A stretch of 64,000 bases of DNA from an uncultured Acidimicrobiales bacterium (lineage in GTDB: Bacteria; Actinomycetota; Acidimicrobiia; Acidimicrobiales; SHLQ01). A model generated the notes under the pieces. The model saw only the letters and a program-made list of their open reading frames with translations. It was not told the origin of the DNA and made no database searches. Below, one piece after another: positions 8,223 to 16,667 of this stretch (position 1 is the stretch's first letter; every line of letters starts with the position of its first letter). Location of the stretch: assembly GCA_937922235.1 (NCBI GenBank), contig CAKZVC010000009.1, forward strand, positions 35,096-99,095, in the 5' to 3' direction. Made by a program: the position numbers and the translations under genes.

Positions 8223-9074
8223 TCAGACGAGGCGTCCCAATAGTTCGCCCGGAGCCTCGATCGGGGCGACGCCGATCTCTTTGAACATCGCCCAGTACAA
8301 GGTGGTGTCCGATGCGATGACCGGCTTGCCTACGGCGGCTTCCATGGCCTCGATGTGATGCAGTGCTCGCTCGGCAATCCCGTCATCGTCACGGCGGAAG
8401 TTTGGCATGCCGTTGATGACGATGATGTCGGCGTCTGGCGCTCGCTCGGCGGTGCGGACTACCGACTCGACAGCAAAGCTCTCCGGGAAGCACCAGTGCC
8501 GGTTGTTGCAGTCTTCTTGGTTGGGGAGCATGCCGAGGTCGACGAAGTTGCCGGCGTACCGCACGTCGAGGTCGGCGCTTCGCAAGAACCGGGCGAGCCC
8601 GTCGCGCCAGTCAGGCCAGTAGTAAACCGAGTTCAACGCGATCTTTTCGGCGCCGAGCTCCTGGGCGGCGTCGACCAGCGTCATGCCAGCCATGTGGAAC
8701 GGCGTCTCGTAGGTCTCGCTGATGCGGGCCGTGAACTCTCGAATGTCGTTCGCATCGGTGCCGCTTGCGTGGACCCAGTTCGATCCCACCTGGCCGACAG
8801 CGTCGCACCCGTTGTTCGCCATGCAATGGACGAACTCTTCGATCAACGCAAAGTTGTCGACGCGCTGGGTCAGCTCGTGGGCATAGACCGGAGCGTGCAT
8901 CATCCGTCCGTGCACGCCGACGCTGCGAGGCGCTATGCGCAGAAAGTCTGACGGTGCTGCGTCGAAGTCGTGTGGCGGACCGGTGAAGCCGACCTGATGC
9001 GGGAAGAGTTTGTTGTTGGGGTCCTTCCAGTGCTCGGACTTCGTGTACTCGGTCGGTGTCGACATGATGTCCAT
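8223..9074 (-). CDS. Asp/Glu/hydantoin racemase superfamily protein (maleate isomerase / arylmalonate decarboxylase-like)
   Basis: 283 aa. Family-like layout: VGQVGSNWVHASG...AAQELGAEKIALNSVY...ADIIVINGMP...GKPVIASDTTLYWAMF. Assigned from pattern memory only. Confidence 0.45.
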   Translation of the reverse strand: MDIMSTPTEYTKSEHWKDPNNKLFPHQVGFTGPPHDFDAAPSDFLRIAPRSVGVHGRMMHAPVYAHELTQRVDNFALIEEFVHCMANNGCDAVGQVGSNWVHASGTDANDIREFTARISETYETPFHMAGMTLVDAAQELGAEKIALNSVYYWPDWRDGLARFLRSADLDVRYAGNFVDLGMLPNQEDCNNRHWCFPESFAVESVVRTAERAPDADIIVINGMPNFRRDDDGIAERALHHIEAMEAAVGKPVIASDTTLYWAMFKEIGVAPIEAPGELLGRLV

Positions 9075-9084
9075 TCGATTGGGC

Positions 9085-9831
9085 TTACGGCTTGATCCGG
9101 TGAGCGTGGAGGTGTTCGTAGTGCGGCATCAACTCATCGACAACGGCCTTCACCCGGTCGGGAGCGTCAGCGATGTCGATCGAGGTCTTGGGCTGCGGCT
9201 TCAAGCCATCGGAGCCTCGCAGGTTCTCGTGAAACGAACCACCATCCCACCAGCTCACCTCGTCGCGAGCTCCAGGTTCCCAGCTCAGCGCTTCGGCGAC
9301 GAACGGGATGTCGACCGCGTTGCACCAGCGTTCGACCATGGTGTGTGGGTCGGCGAGTAGATCGTCGCTGTCGATTACCGGGGGAGGGGTGCCGTGGATC
9401 TCGGTGAGCTTGTCGAAGAGCTCGCGCTGCTCGGCAAACGCGGTTTCCCGGATATCGAAGTCAGGCCAGTGCTTGAACATCGACGTGACGGTCTTGGCCG
9501 GGTTACGGATCAAGAACGAGTGACGGAAGTTCGCCAGCCATTCAGGAGTCCACAGGCTCGTGATGTAATGCGGGAAGTCCTTCGTAAAGACCGGTCCGTC
9601 CTTCGCCAGCGCCAGCATGTCGGCCCATGTCGATTCGTACGTGAGCCCCGGTGTTCGGACACTGTCTTCTTGGAGTCGGGGCCAGTCAGGGTCTTCGCCC
9701 TGATACCAAACCTCGCCGAACGGTTCATGCAGACAGTGAAAGTCGCCGCGCTGGCGCATCATCCATTCGAAGGCGGTCGACGTCGATCGGGGTACTGCCC
9801 ACAGGGCGAGTATGAGCTGCTCGCTTGCCAT
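9085..9831 (-). CDS. Sulfotransferase-family (P-loop-like PRSxSTA) protein
   Basis: 248 aa. The N-terminal LILALWAVPRSTSTAFEWMMRQRGDFHCLHEPF is typical of a widespread sulfotransferase-like family. Confidence 0.55.
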   Translation of the reverse strand: MASEQLILALWAVPRSTSTAFEWMMRQRGDFHCLHEPFGEVWYQGEDPDWPRLQEDSVRTPGLTYESTWADMLALAKDGPVFTKDFPHYITSLWTPEWLANFRHSFLIRNPAKTVTSMFKHWPDFDIRETAFAEQRELFDKLTEIHGTPPPVIDSDDLLADPHTMVERWCNAVDIPFVAEALSWEPGARDEVSWWDGGSFHENLRGSDGLKPQPKTSIDIADAPDRVKAVVDELMPHYEHLHAHRIKP

Positions 9832-9930
9832 CGACGCACCTTACTGGACGATCGTTCAGGGAAACAGGGGTTGCGTTCGAATAAACCTGTAGGCAGAATC
9901 GGTTTAGAAGAACAACACTTAGGGGGAAGC

Positions 9931-10848
9931 GTGAACGTCGACCGGCTACGGGTTCTCGTCGCGGTAGAGCGAGCTGGGTCGTTGACCGCCGCCGCGAAGT
10001 CGCTCGGAATCGGAACCTCCGCGGTGTCGCAGCAAGTCACCGCGTTCGAACGCGAAGTTGGAGCCGACCTGCTCGATCGCTCGACCCGACCGATCTCCCT
10101 TACCGCACTCGGCCACGAGCTCGTCGGGCATGGTCAGCGAATCGTCGATGAGCTCGAACGCGCCCAAGCCACAGCCGAACGCTCGCGTGACTCGCTGTCA
10201 GGCACCTTCACCATCGCGGCACTTCCGACCGTCGCGGTGGCCTTTCTCGCCGAAGTGGTGGAAGAGCTCGCAGCGTCGGCACCCGACATCGACCTCCGCA
10301 TCCGCGACCTCGACACCAACGAGAGCCTCGATGCGCTCGAAGCCCAACGCATCGATATGGCCATCGTCGACACCTACGCATCCGACCCACACCCATTGCC
10401 TGACTCGGTTCGGTCGGTCGCCCTCGGCGTCGAACCACTGCAATTATTCGGCGCCAAGAACCTGCTCGATGGCGCTACCGGTGGGCAGTCGCTCAGTGAT
10501 TTCGCCGATCAGCCTTGGGTGCTCGCCCCCGAGACCGCATCGTGTGGGCGGGCGTCTCGCCACCTCTGCCGAACAGCTGGCTTCGATCCGCAATCGGTGC
10601 TCGAGAGCAATGACCTGCTCCTTCTTCGCACGTCGGTAGCGGGTGGGCTCGGCATCACTATCCTTCCACGCCTTGCGCTGTTCGACCCCGCGCCGAACAC
10701 GATGGTCCTTCCGATTGAAATGCCGAACGCCGAACGTTCACTGCATGCCGTAATGCGGTGGTCAACCACCGGGCGTCGTGTTGAAGAAGCTGTCCTCGAG
10801 ACCGTGACTGCTGTTGCTGGCCGTCACCTCGAAGGAGCCCCCGCATGA
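9931..10848 (+). CDS. LysR-family transcriptional regulator
   Basis: GTG 9931 is preceded by AGGGGGAAG. HTH is LRVLVAVERAGSLTAAAKSLGIGTSAVSQQVTAFEREVG. Divergent from the sulfotransferase operon. The 484-aa ORF in the track is over-extended upstream. Confidence 0.85.
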   Translation: MNVDRLRVLVAVERAGSLTAAAKSLGIGTSAVSQQVTAFEREVGADLLDRSTRPISLTALGHELVGHGQRIVDELERAQATAERSRDSLSGTFTIAALPTVAVAFLAEVVEELAASAPDIDLRIRDLDTNESLDALEAQRIDMAIVDTYASDPHPLPDSVRSVALGVEPLQLFGAKNLLDGATGGQSLSDFADQPWVLAPETASCGRASRHLCRTAGFDPQSVLESNDLLLLRTSVAGGLGITILPRLALFDPAPNTMVLPIEMPNAERSLHAVMRWSTTGRRVEEAVLETVTAVAGRHLEGAPA

Positions 10849-12209
10849 GTTCGACTCCACTCGCATCCCCAAACGACATGCGAGCGTCTCTGGCTGCGCG
10901 GTTGTCAGCGATGTACGCCGAAGAGGTTCCCAAGTACGGCCATCTTGTCGACGCCACGAACCGGATCAACGCAAACCATGGCGATACCCGAGATGCCGAC
11001 CGGCTTGGCACCGAGCGTCATGGAGCGATTCGGGTGGCGAGCTTCGACGAGCTCGAACAGATCTCGGCCATCTTCTCCCTGTTCGGGATGGAGGCTGTCG
11101 GCTACTACGACCTGCGAACAAGTGGCACGCCGATCCCTGTGGTGTCGACGGCGTTTCGCCCGACCGCCGTAGGAGACCTTGCCGCGAGTCCGTTTCGCAT
11201 GTTCACCTCGACGCTTGTCGCAGACGACGAGCGCTTCTTTTCCTCCGACCTGCAAGCTGAGCTCGCTCGTCGCATCGCCGAACGCACGCTCGTGTCTGAC
11301 GAGCTCGTCGATCTGGTCGACGCGTCGGTCGCTGCTGGGGGAGTAGCCGAAGCTGACTCTGCTCGATTCGTTGCCCTCACTGTCGATGTCTTCCGGTTGA
11401 ACGCTGAACCGATCGACGAGGCATGGCATGCCCAGCTCGACGCCGTGTCGCCAGTGGCGTCCGACATCGCCGCCGCAGCCGGGACACACCTCAACCACCT
11501 GACGCCGCGCGTCGTCGACATCGCTGCGCTGCATGCGTTGATGGAAGCCGAGGGCGTCACCATGATCGACCGCATCCAAGGTCCACCGTCGTGGGACGGC
11601 CCCGATGTGCTCTTGCGGCAGACGTCGTTCCGGGCGCTCGACGAGACCCGTTCGTTTATCGACGCTGATGGGCATGCGGCGGAGAAGGTCGTGCGTGTCC
11701 GGTTCGGCGAGGTCGAGCAGCGGGGCATCGCGCTCACGCCGCAGGGTCGGGCGAAGGTCGACGCAGCGATGGATGTCGCGAAGACTGCCGCCCCCGCGAC
11801 TGAAGCTGAACGACTTGACATCATTCGCGCCGAGCTCAACGCGTCCCTCGGTTCGACGATCGAGGCGCTCGCAGCGGCGGGCGACGCCTACGTTGAATAT
11901 CAGCCAGGTGTCAGCGCCGTCGATGGGCAGGCGACCGTTGACGATCTCGTCGCAGCCGGGTGCATCACCGTTGCGCCGATCACATACGAAGACTTTCTGC
12001 CAGCAAGTGCCGCAGGCATCTTCGCGTCCAACCTCACCCACGACGGAGCGCAGGTCGACGACACCAGCGCGCGCCTCGACGACGCTGATCGACTACGGGA
12101 AGCCGTTGGAACGTTGCACGATCCGTACGCCCTGTATGCCGCCCAACAGCACGAATCGCTCACCCGAACCCTCGAGGCCCTCGGCCTCTCCCTAGAGGAG
12201 ATCTCATGA
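10845..12209 (+). CDS. hglS: DUF1338/YdcJ-HglS family 2-oxoadipate dioxygenase/decarboxylase-like protein
   Basis: 454 aa. Long collinear resemblance to E. coli YdcJ: LSAMYAEEVPKYGHLV, ERHGAIRVAS, YYDL, STAFRP, PFRMFTS, INHLTPR, LLRQTSFRAL, RFGEVEQRGIALTP, ITYEDFLPASAAGIF. ATGA overlap with LysR. Confidence 0.8.
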   Translation: MSSTPLASPNDMRASLAARLSAMYAEEVPKYGHLVDATNRINANHGDTRDADRLGTERHGAIRVASFDELEQISAIFSLFGMEAVGYYDLRTSGTPIPVVSTAFRPTAVGDLAASPFRMFTSTLVADDERFFSSDLQAELARRIAERTLVSDELVDLVDASVAAGGVAEADSARFVALTVDVFRLNAEPIDEAWHAQLDAVSPVASDIAAAAGTHLNHLTPRVVDIAALHALMEAEGVTMIDRIQGPPSWDGPDVLLRQTSFRALDETRSFIDADGHAAEKVVRVRFGEVEQRGIALTPQGRAKVDAAMDVAKTAAPATEAERLDIIRAELNASLGSTIEALAAAGDAYVEYQPGVSAVDGQATVDDLVAAGCITVAPITYEDFLPASAAGIFASNLTHDGAQVDDTSARLDDADRLREAVGTLHDPYALYAAQQHESLTRTLEALGLSLEEIS

Positions 12210-13285
12210 CAGAACTTTCGACGATTGCCGTGCTCGGCCTAGGCAAGGTTGGCAACCTCGTTGCGACTCTCCTGGTTGAAGGCGGCTTCACCGTGCGCGG
12301 TGTCGACGTCGACGACAGCCGATCAGTCGATGGGGTAACGGTCGTTGCTGCCGACCTTGGCGACCCCACGGCGATTGCCGACGCAGTCGACGGATGCGAC
12401 GCGATCGTTTCGTGCCTTCCGTACAGCCTGAACATCGCCATCGCCGATGTCGCTGCCGAGAAGGGTCTGCACTACTTCGACCTCACCGAAGACGTACCGA
12501 CCACCGACCACATTCGCGCCTTGGCTGCTGACGCCGATGTATTGATGGCTCCGCAGTGCGGGCTCGCTCCAGGCTTCATTGGCATCGTGGGTGCATCGCT
12601 TGCCGCCGAGCTCGACACGTGTCGTTCGCTGAAGATGCGTGTTGGCGCGCTGCCCCAGCACCCAACCGGCCTGTTGGGCTACGCGTTCAACTGGTCGGCC
12701 GAGGGTGTCGTCAACGAGTACCTCAACGATTGCGAGGTCATCGAGGAAGGCGTTCGCAAGTTCGTCTCGCCAATGGAATGGCACGAGACGATCTACCTCA
12801 ACGGCACCGAGCTCGAGGCCTTCACGACATCGGGTGGGTTGGGCACGATGTGCGAAACGCTCATCGATACCGTCGAGAACCTCGACTACAAATCGCTTCG
12901 TTATCCGGGCCATATGAAGCAGATGAACTTCTTCTTCCATGAACTGCTCATGCGTGAAGACCGGGCCAAAGCCACCGAGATACTCACGTCGGCGAAGCCG
13001 CCGGTTGAGGCCGACGTCGTGCATGTGCACGTTGCCGCTGAAGGCACCGTCGACGGACGTCTGATCCGCAAGGAGTTCGTCCGCTCGTATATGCCGATGG
13101 AAATCGCCGGCGAAATGCGCACGGCCATTGCCTGGACAACGGCCGCGTCGCTCGTCGGCGTGATCGAGATGGTTGCCGCCGGCAACCTGCCGAACAGCGG
13201 CTTTCTCCACCAAGAACACATCCCGCTGGATGCGTTCCTCGCCTCGCGCACCGGCAACTACTACGACGCCAACCAAGATGCCTAA
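12206..13285 (+). CDS. Saccharopine dehydrogenase-family NAD(P)-binding protein
   Basis: 359 aa. Rossmann N-terminus IAVLGLGKVGNLVATLL. The length and C-terminal domain are typical of the Sacchrp_dh family. ATGA-coupled to hglS. Confidence 0.7.
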   Translation: MTELSTIAVLGLGKVGNLVATLLVEGGFTVRGVDVDDSRSVDGVTVVAADLGDPTAIADAVDGCDAIVSCLPYSLNIAIADVAAEKGLHYFDLTEDVPTTDHIRALAADADVLMAPQCGLAPGFIGIVGASLAAELDTCRSLKMRVGALPQHPTGLLGYAFNWSAEGVVNEYLNDCEVIEEGVRKFVSPMEWHETIYLNGTELEAFTTSGGLGTMCETLIDTVENLDYKSLRYPGHMKQMNFFFHELLMREDRAKATEILTSAKPPVEADVVHVHVAAEGTVDGRLIRKEFVRSYMPMEIAGEMRTAIAWTTAASLVGVIEMVAAGNLPNSGFLHQEHIPLDAFLASRTGNYYDANQDA

Positions 13286-13386
13286 CCCGTGGTACCAGGT
13301 ACCCAATCGCAAAAAGGAACGTGGCACCTGTTTCGAGAAAGGTACCAGGTTCCCTCAATGCTTGATTGAGGTCTGGGCGGCCGGGG

Positions 13387-13417
13387 TTGACTTCGTTCGT
13401 ATAACAGGTTAGTTATA
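13387..13417 (+). promoter_or_regulatory. Candidate promoter (TTGACT-17 nt-TAGTTA) with an overlapping TATAAC-N6-GTTATA palindrome; implies a leaderless arsR-type gene
   Basis: TTGACT at 13387-13392, TAGTTA at 13410-13415 and the ATG at 13423, only 7 nt after the -10. Palindrome arms at 13400-13405 and 13412-13417. Confidence 0.4.
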
Positions 13418-13422
13418 TAGCT

Positions 13423-13749
13423 ATGTCGCTTGCTGAAGAAGTCTCAATCGATCTCGAAGTCATGTTCAAGGCCCTGGCCAGCGAACGTCGACTGCAGATT
13501 TTGGACTGGTTGAAAGACCCATCCGAGAACTTCCCTCCTCAAGAACATGGCGACCCCGATGAGCATGGCGCGTGCAATCAGTTCATCGTCGAGAAGCTTG
13601 GCGTCAGCCAGCCCGCAGCGTCGAGACACCTCAAGGTGCTCACCGACGCTGGCCTCGTCATCGCCACCTCCCGCAAGGGCTGGACCTACTACCGCCGTAA
13701 CGAAGAAGCGATCGCAGACCTCACCCGTCAGATCGCCAACCACCTCTAG
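13423..13749 (+). CDS. ArsR/SmtB-family transcriptional regulator
   Basis: 108 aa. ALASERRLQILDWL...VEKLGVSQPAASRHLKVLTDAGLV wHTH. No canonical metal-site cysteine pair. Confidence 0.85.
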   Translation: MSLAEEVSIDLEVMFKALASERRLQILDWLKDPSENFPPQEHGDPDEHGACNQFIVEKLGVSQPAASRHLKVLTDAGLVIATSRKGWTYYRRNEEAIADLTRQIANHL

Positions 13750-13764
13750 GAAGAGAACCACAAC

Positions 13765-14577
13765 ATGACCAACACCTACGCTTCACTCAACGGCAAGGTC
13801 GTCATCGTGACGGGCGCCGGCAAGGGCATCGGCCGAGCAATCGCCGAGCGTTTCGCTGGGCAGGGCTGCCCGGTTGTCATCAACGACATCGACGAGGCGA
13901 TCGTCGCTGAAACCGTCGGCGCCATCAACGCCAGCGGCGGCAACGCCATGGCCGCAATCGCCGACGTCTCCAAGTCCGACCAGGTCCAAGCAATGATCGA
14001 TGCCACCATGGAGGCACACGGCCGCATCGATGTCGTCGTCAACAACGCTGGCATCGTCAGCCCGATGCTTCACTTCTTCGAAGCCGACGAGGACTGGTGG
14101 CGCCGCATCGTCGACGTCAACCTCACCGGACACTTCCTCGTCTCTCACCCAGCTGCCCGCATCATGGCCAAACAAGGTGGTGGCTGCATCATCAACATGA
14201 GCTCCGGCGGCGCAACCCGGGCACACCGTGCCTTCACCGCATACGACGCCACCAAGGGCGGCATCGAAGCACTCACCCGGGCAATGGCCATCGACCTTGC
14301 TGGTTACGGCATCCGGGTCAACGCACTCATGCCCGGCTCGATCGACACCAACAGCCAAGGTGAGGAATACCGCAAGATCAGCGGCGTCAACATCCCAATG
14401 GGAACCGTTGGCGAGCCTGAGGACATGACTGGCGCAGCGCTCTTTCTTGCCTCCGACGATGCGTCGTACATCACTGGCGACGTCATCAAGATCGACGGAG
14501 GCATGCTCGCTCAGCAGCGGTCAGCAACTGTCGACATCCGTCCACCCGCAAACTTCCCGAAAGTCGAGGACCTCTAA
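13765..14577 (+). CDS. Short-chain dehydrogenase/reductase (SDR)
   Basis: 270 aa. TGAGKGIGRAIA cofactor motif, NNAG, and the YDATKGG catalytic Tyr/Lys. Confidence 0.9.
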   Translation: MTNTYASLNGKVVIVTGAGKGIGRAIAERFAGQGCPVVINDIDEAIVAETVGAINASGGNAMAAIADVSKSDQVQAMIDATMEAHGRIDVVVNNAGIVSPMLHFFEADEDWWRRIVDVNLTGHFLVSHPAARIMAKQGGGCIINMSSGGATRAHRAFTAYDATKGGIEALTRAMAIDLAGYGIRVNALMPGSIDTNSQGEEYRKISGVNIPMGTVGEPEDMTGAALFLASDDASYITGDVIKIDGGMLAQQRSATVDIRPPANFPKVEDL

Positions 14578-16667
14578 TGGGAGTCCGTATTGGTGCTGAC
14601 GTCGGTGGCACGTTCACCGATGTCGTAATCGAGCTGGACGATGGCTCGTTCAAGTCGACCAAGGTGCTCACCACGCACGGCGGCCCCGACGAGGGAATCC
14701 TGCTCGGTATCGAACGCATTGCGACCGAGCACGACGTCGACATGGCCGACGTCGAGCAGATCATCCACGGCACGACGCTCGCAACCAACGCGCTTATCGA
14801 GCGTCGCGGTGCCAAGACCGCACTCGTCACGACCGAAGGCTTCCGCGACGTCATCGAGACCCGCACCGAGGGTCGCTTCGAGCAGTACGACCTCAACATC
14901 GTCTTGCCGACGCCTCTCATCGAGCGCAATGATCGCTTCACCGTCCCCGAGCGCCTCAACGCTCGCGGCGAGGTGCTCATCGAATTCGACGAGGCCGCTG
15001 CGTCTGCGGTGATCGACACGATCGCCGAGCGTGAGTACGAGGCGGTCGCTGTTGGCTTCATGCACAGCTACCGCAACTCGATGCACGAGCAACGCTTTCG
15101 CACGATGCTGCTCGAGCGCCTGCCGAACATCTCGGTGTCGATCAGCGCTGAGGTCTCGCCCCAGATGCGCGAGTTCGAACGCTTCAACACCGTGTGCGCC
15201 AACGCCTACGTCCAGCCGCTCATGGCGAGCTACCTGTTCAAGCTCGCCGAACAGCTCAAGGTTCGTGGCGCCGACTGCCCGCTCTACCTCATCCACTCTG
15301 GCGGTGGCCTTGTCAGCGTCGAGACCGCAGCAGCGTTCCCGGTTCGCCTCGTCGAGTCCGGTCCAGCCGGTGGCGCAATCTTTGCCGCCGATCTTGCCGC
15401 CAGGTACGGCCGCGACCGGGTGCTCAGCTACGACATGGGTGGCACCACCGCCAAGATCGCGCTGATCGAGGACTACACGCCACAGACCGCGAAGACCTTC
15501 GAGGTTGCTCGCACGACTCGCTTCAAGAAGGGCAGTGGCATGCCCATCTCGATCCCGGTTATCGAGATGATCGAGATCGGTGCCGGCGGTGGCTCGATCG
15601 CTAGCGTCGACTCGCTTGGCCAGATCCGCATCGGCCCACACAGTGCTGGTTCAGAACCTGGCCCGGCCGCATACGACCGTGGCGGCGTCGACCCCACCGT
15701 CACCGACGCCAACCTTCAGCTCGGACGTCTGCACTCCGACAACTTTGGAGCGAAAGACATCACCTTGTCGCCCGAGAAGACGGCCGTGGCTATCCGCACC
15801 GCAATCGGCGAACCGCTTGGCATGGACGACCAGACCGCAGCCGTCGGCATTGCCGAGGTTGTCGACGAGAACATGACCAACGCGGCCCGAGTGCACGCAG
15901 TCGAGAACGGCAAGGACCTTGCTGGCTTCTCGATGATCGCCTTCGGCGGCGGCGCTCCGCTTCATGCATCTCGCCTGATGGACAAGCTCGGGCTCGACGA
16001 GCTCTTCATCCCAACCGGCGCCGGCGTTGGTTCGGCGATTGGTTTCCTCCGGGCACCGTTCGCCTACGAAGCGGTCCGAAGCCTTTACACCCGAATCGAA
16101 GACTTCGACTTCGACGCGGTGAACCAGGTTCTGGCCGAGCTCACCAACGAAGCTGAGACGTTTGTCCGCCAAGGCACCGATGCTGAGCTCGTGGTCGAAA
16201 GGCAGGTCAGCATGCGGTACAAGGGACAGGGCTGGGAGATTCCGGTCAAGCTGCCCGATGGCGACTTCGATGCGTTCGCGGCTGAAGGCTTGGGCGCCAC
16301 GTTCACCAAAGCCTACGAAGAATTCTTCGGCCGGGCCATCGACGACCTCACCATCGAGACCGTCAGCTGGGCTGTTCGAGTTGCTTCGGTGCTTGAGCTT
16401 CCAGACGCACTCGAGCTCACGAGCGAGCAGAACCGCATCGAAGCCTCCAACACCCGCCCGATCTTCGACCCGGTCACCGGCGATATGGCCGACTCGTTCG
16501 TCATCGAACGCGACGACCTTTCACCGGGCGATGCCGTTGCTGGCCCCGGCGTCATCGTCGAACAACAAACCACGACCGTGCTTAGCTCGCACCATGTCGC
16601 AGTCATGCAAACCGACGGAACCCTCCTCGTCACTAGGGGTTCCGCCTCGTTGGGAGACCTCCTGTGA
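14577..16667 (+). CDS. hyuA: Hydantoinase/oxoprolinase A-family subunit (ATP-dependent)
   Basis: 696 aa. GADVGGTFTDVV N-terminus and DMGGTTAKIALIE. Stop/start overlap with the SDR gene and with hyuB. Confidence 0.9.
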   Translation: MGVRIGADVGGTFTDVVIELDDGSFKSTKVLTTHGGPDEGILLGIERIATEHDVDMADVEQIIHGTTLATNALIERRGAKTALVTTEGFRDVIETRTEGRFEQYDLNIVLPTPLIERNDRFTVPERLNARGEVLIEFDEAAASAVIDTIAEREYEAVAVGFMHSYRNSMHEQRFRTMLLERLPNISVSISAEVSPQMREFERFNTVCANAYVQPLMASYLFKLAEQLKVRGADCPLYLIHSGGGLVSVETAAAFPVRLVESGPAGGAIFAADLAARYGRDRVLSYDMGGTTAKIALIEDYTPQTAKTFEVARTTRFKKGSGMPISIPVIEMIEIGAGGGSIASVDSLGQIRIGPHSAGSEPGPAAYDRGGVDPTVTDANLQLGRLHSDNFGAKDITLSPEKTAVAIRTAIGEPLGMDDQTAAVGIAEVVDENMTNAARVHAVENGKDLAGFSMIAFGGGAPLHASRLMDKLGLDELFIPTGAGVGSAIGFLRAPFAYEAVRSLYTRIEDFDFDAVNQVLAELTNEAETFVRQGTDAELVVERQVSMRYKGQGWEIPVKLPDGDFDAFAAEGLGATFTKAYEEFFGRAIDDLTIETVSWAVRVASVLELPDALELTSEQNRIEASNTRPIFDPVTGDMADSFVIERDDLSPGDAVAGPGVIVEQQTTTVLSSHHVAVMQTDGTLLVTRGSASLGDLL

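Noticed and set aside
9394-9930. The upstream 179 codons of the 484-aa ORF containing the LysR regulator.
   Set aside because: This part is antisense to the sulfotransferase-like gene. The LysR HTH begins right after GTG 9931, which has a strong AGGGGGAAG SD.
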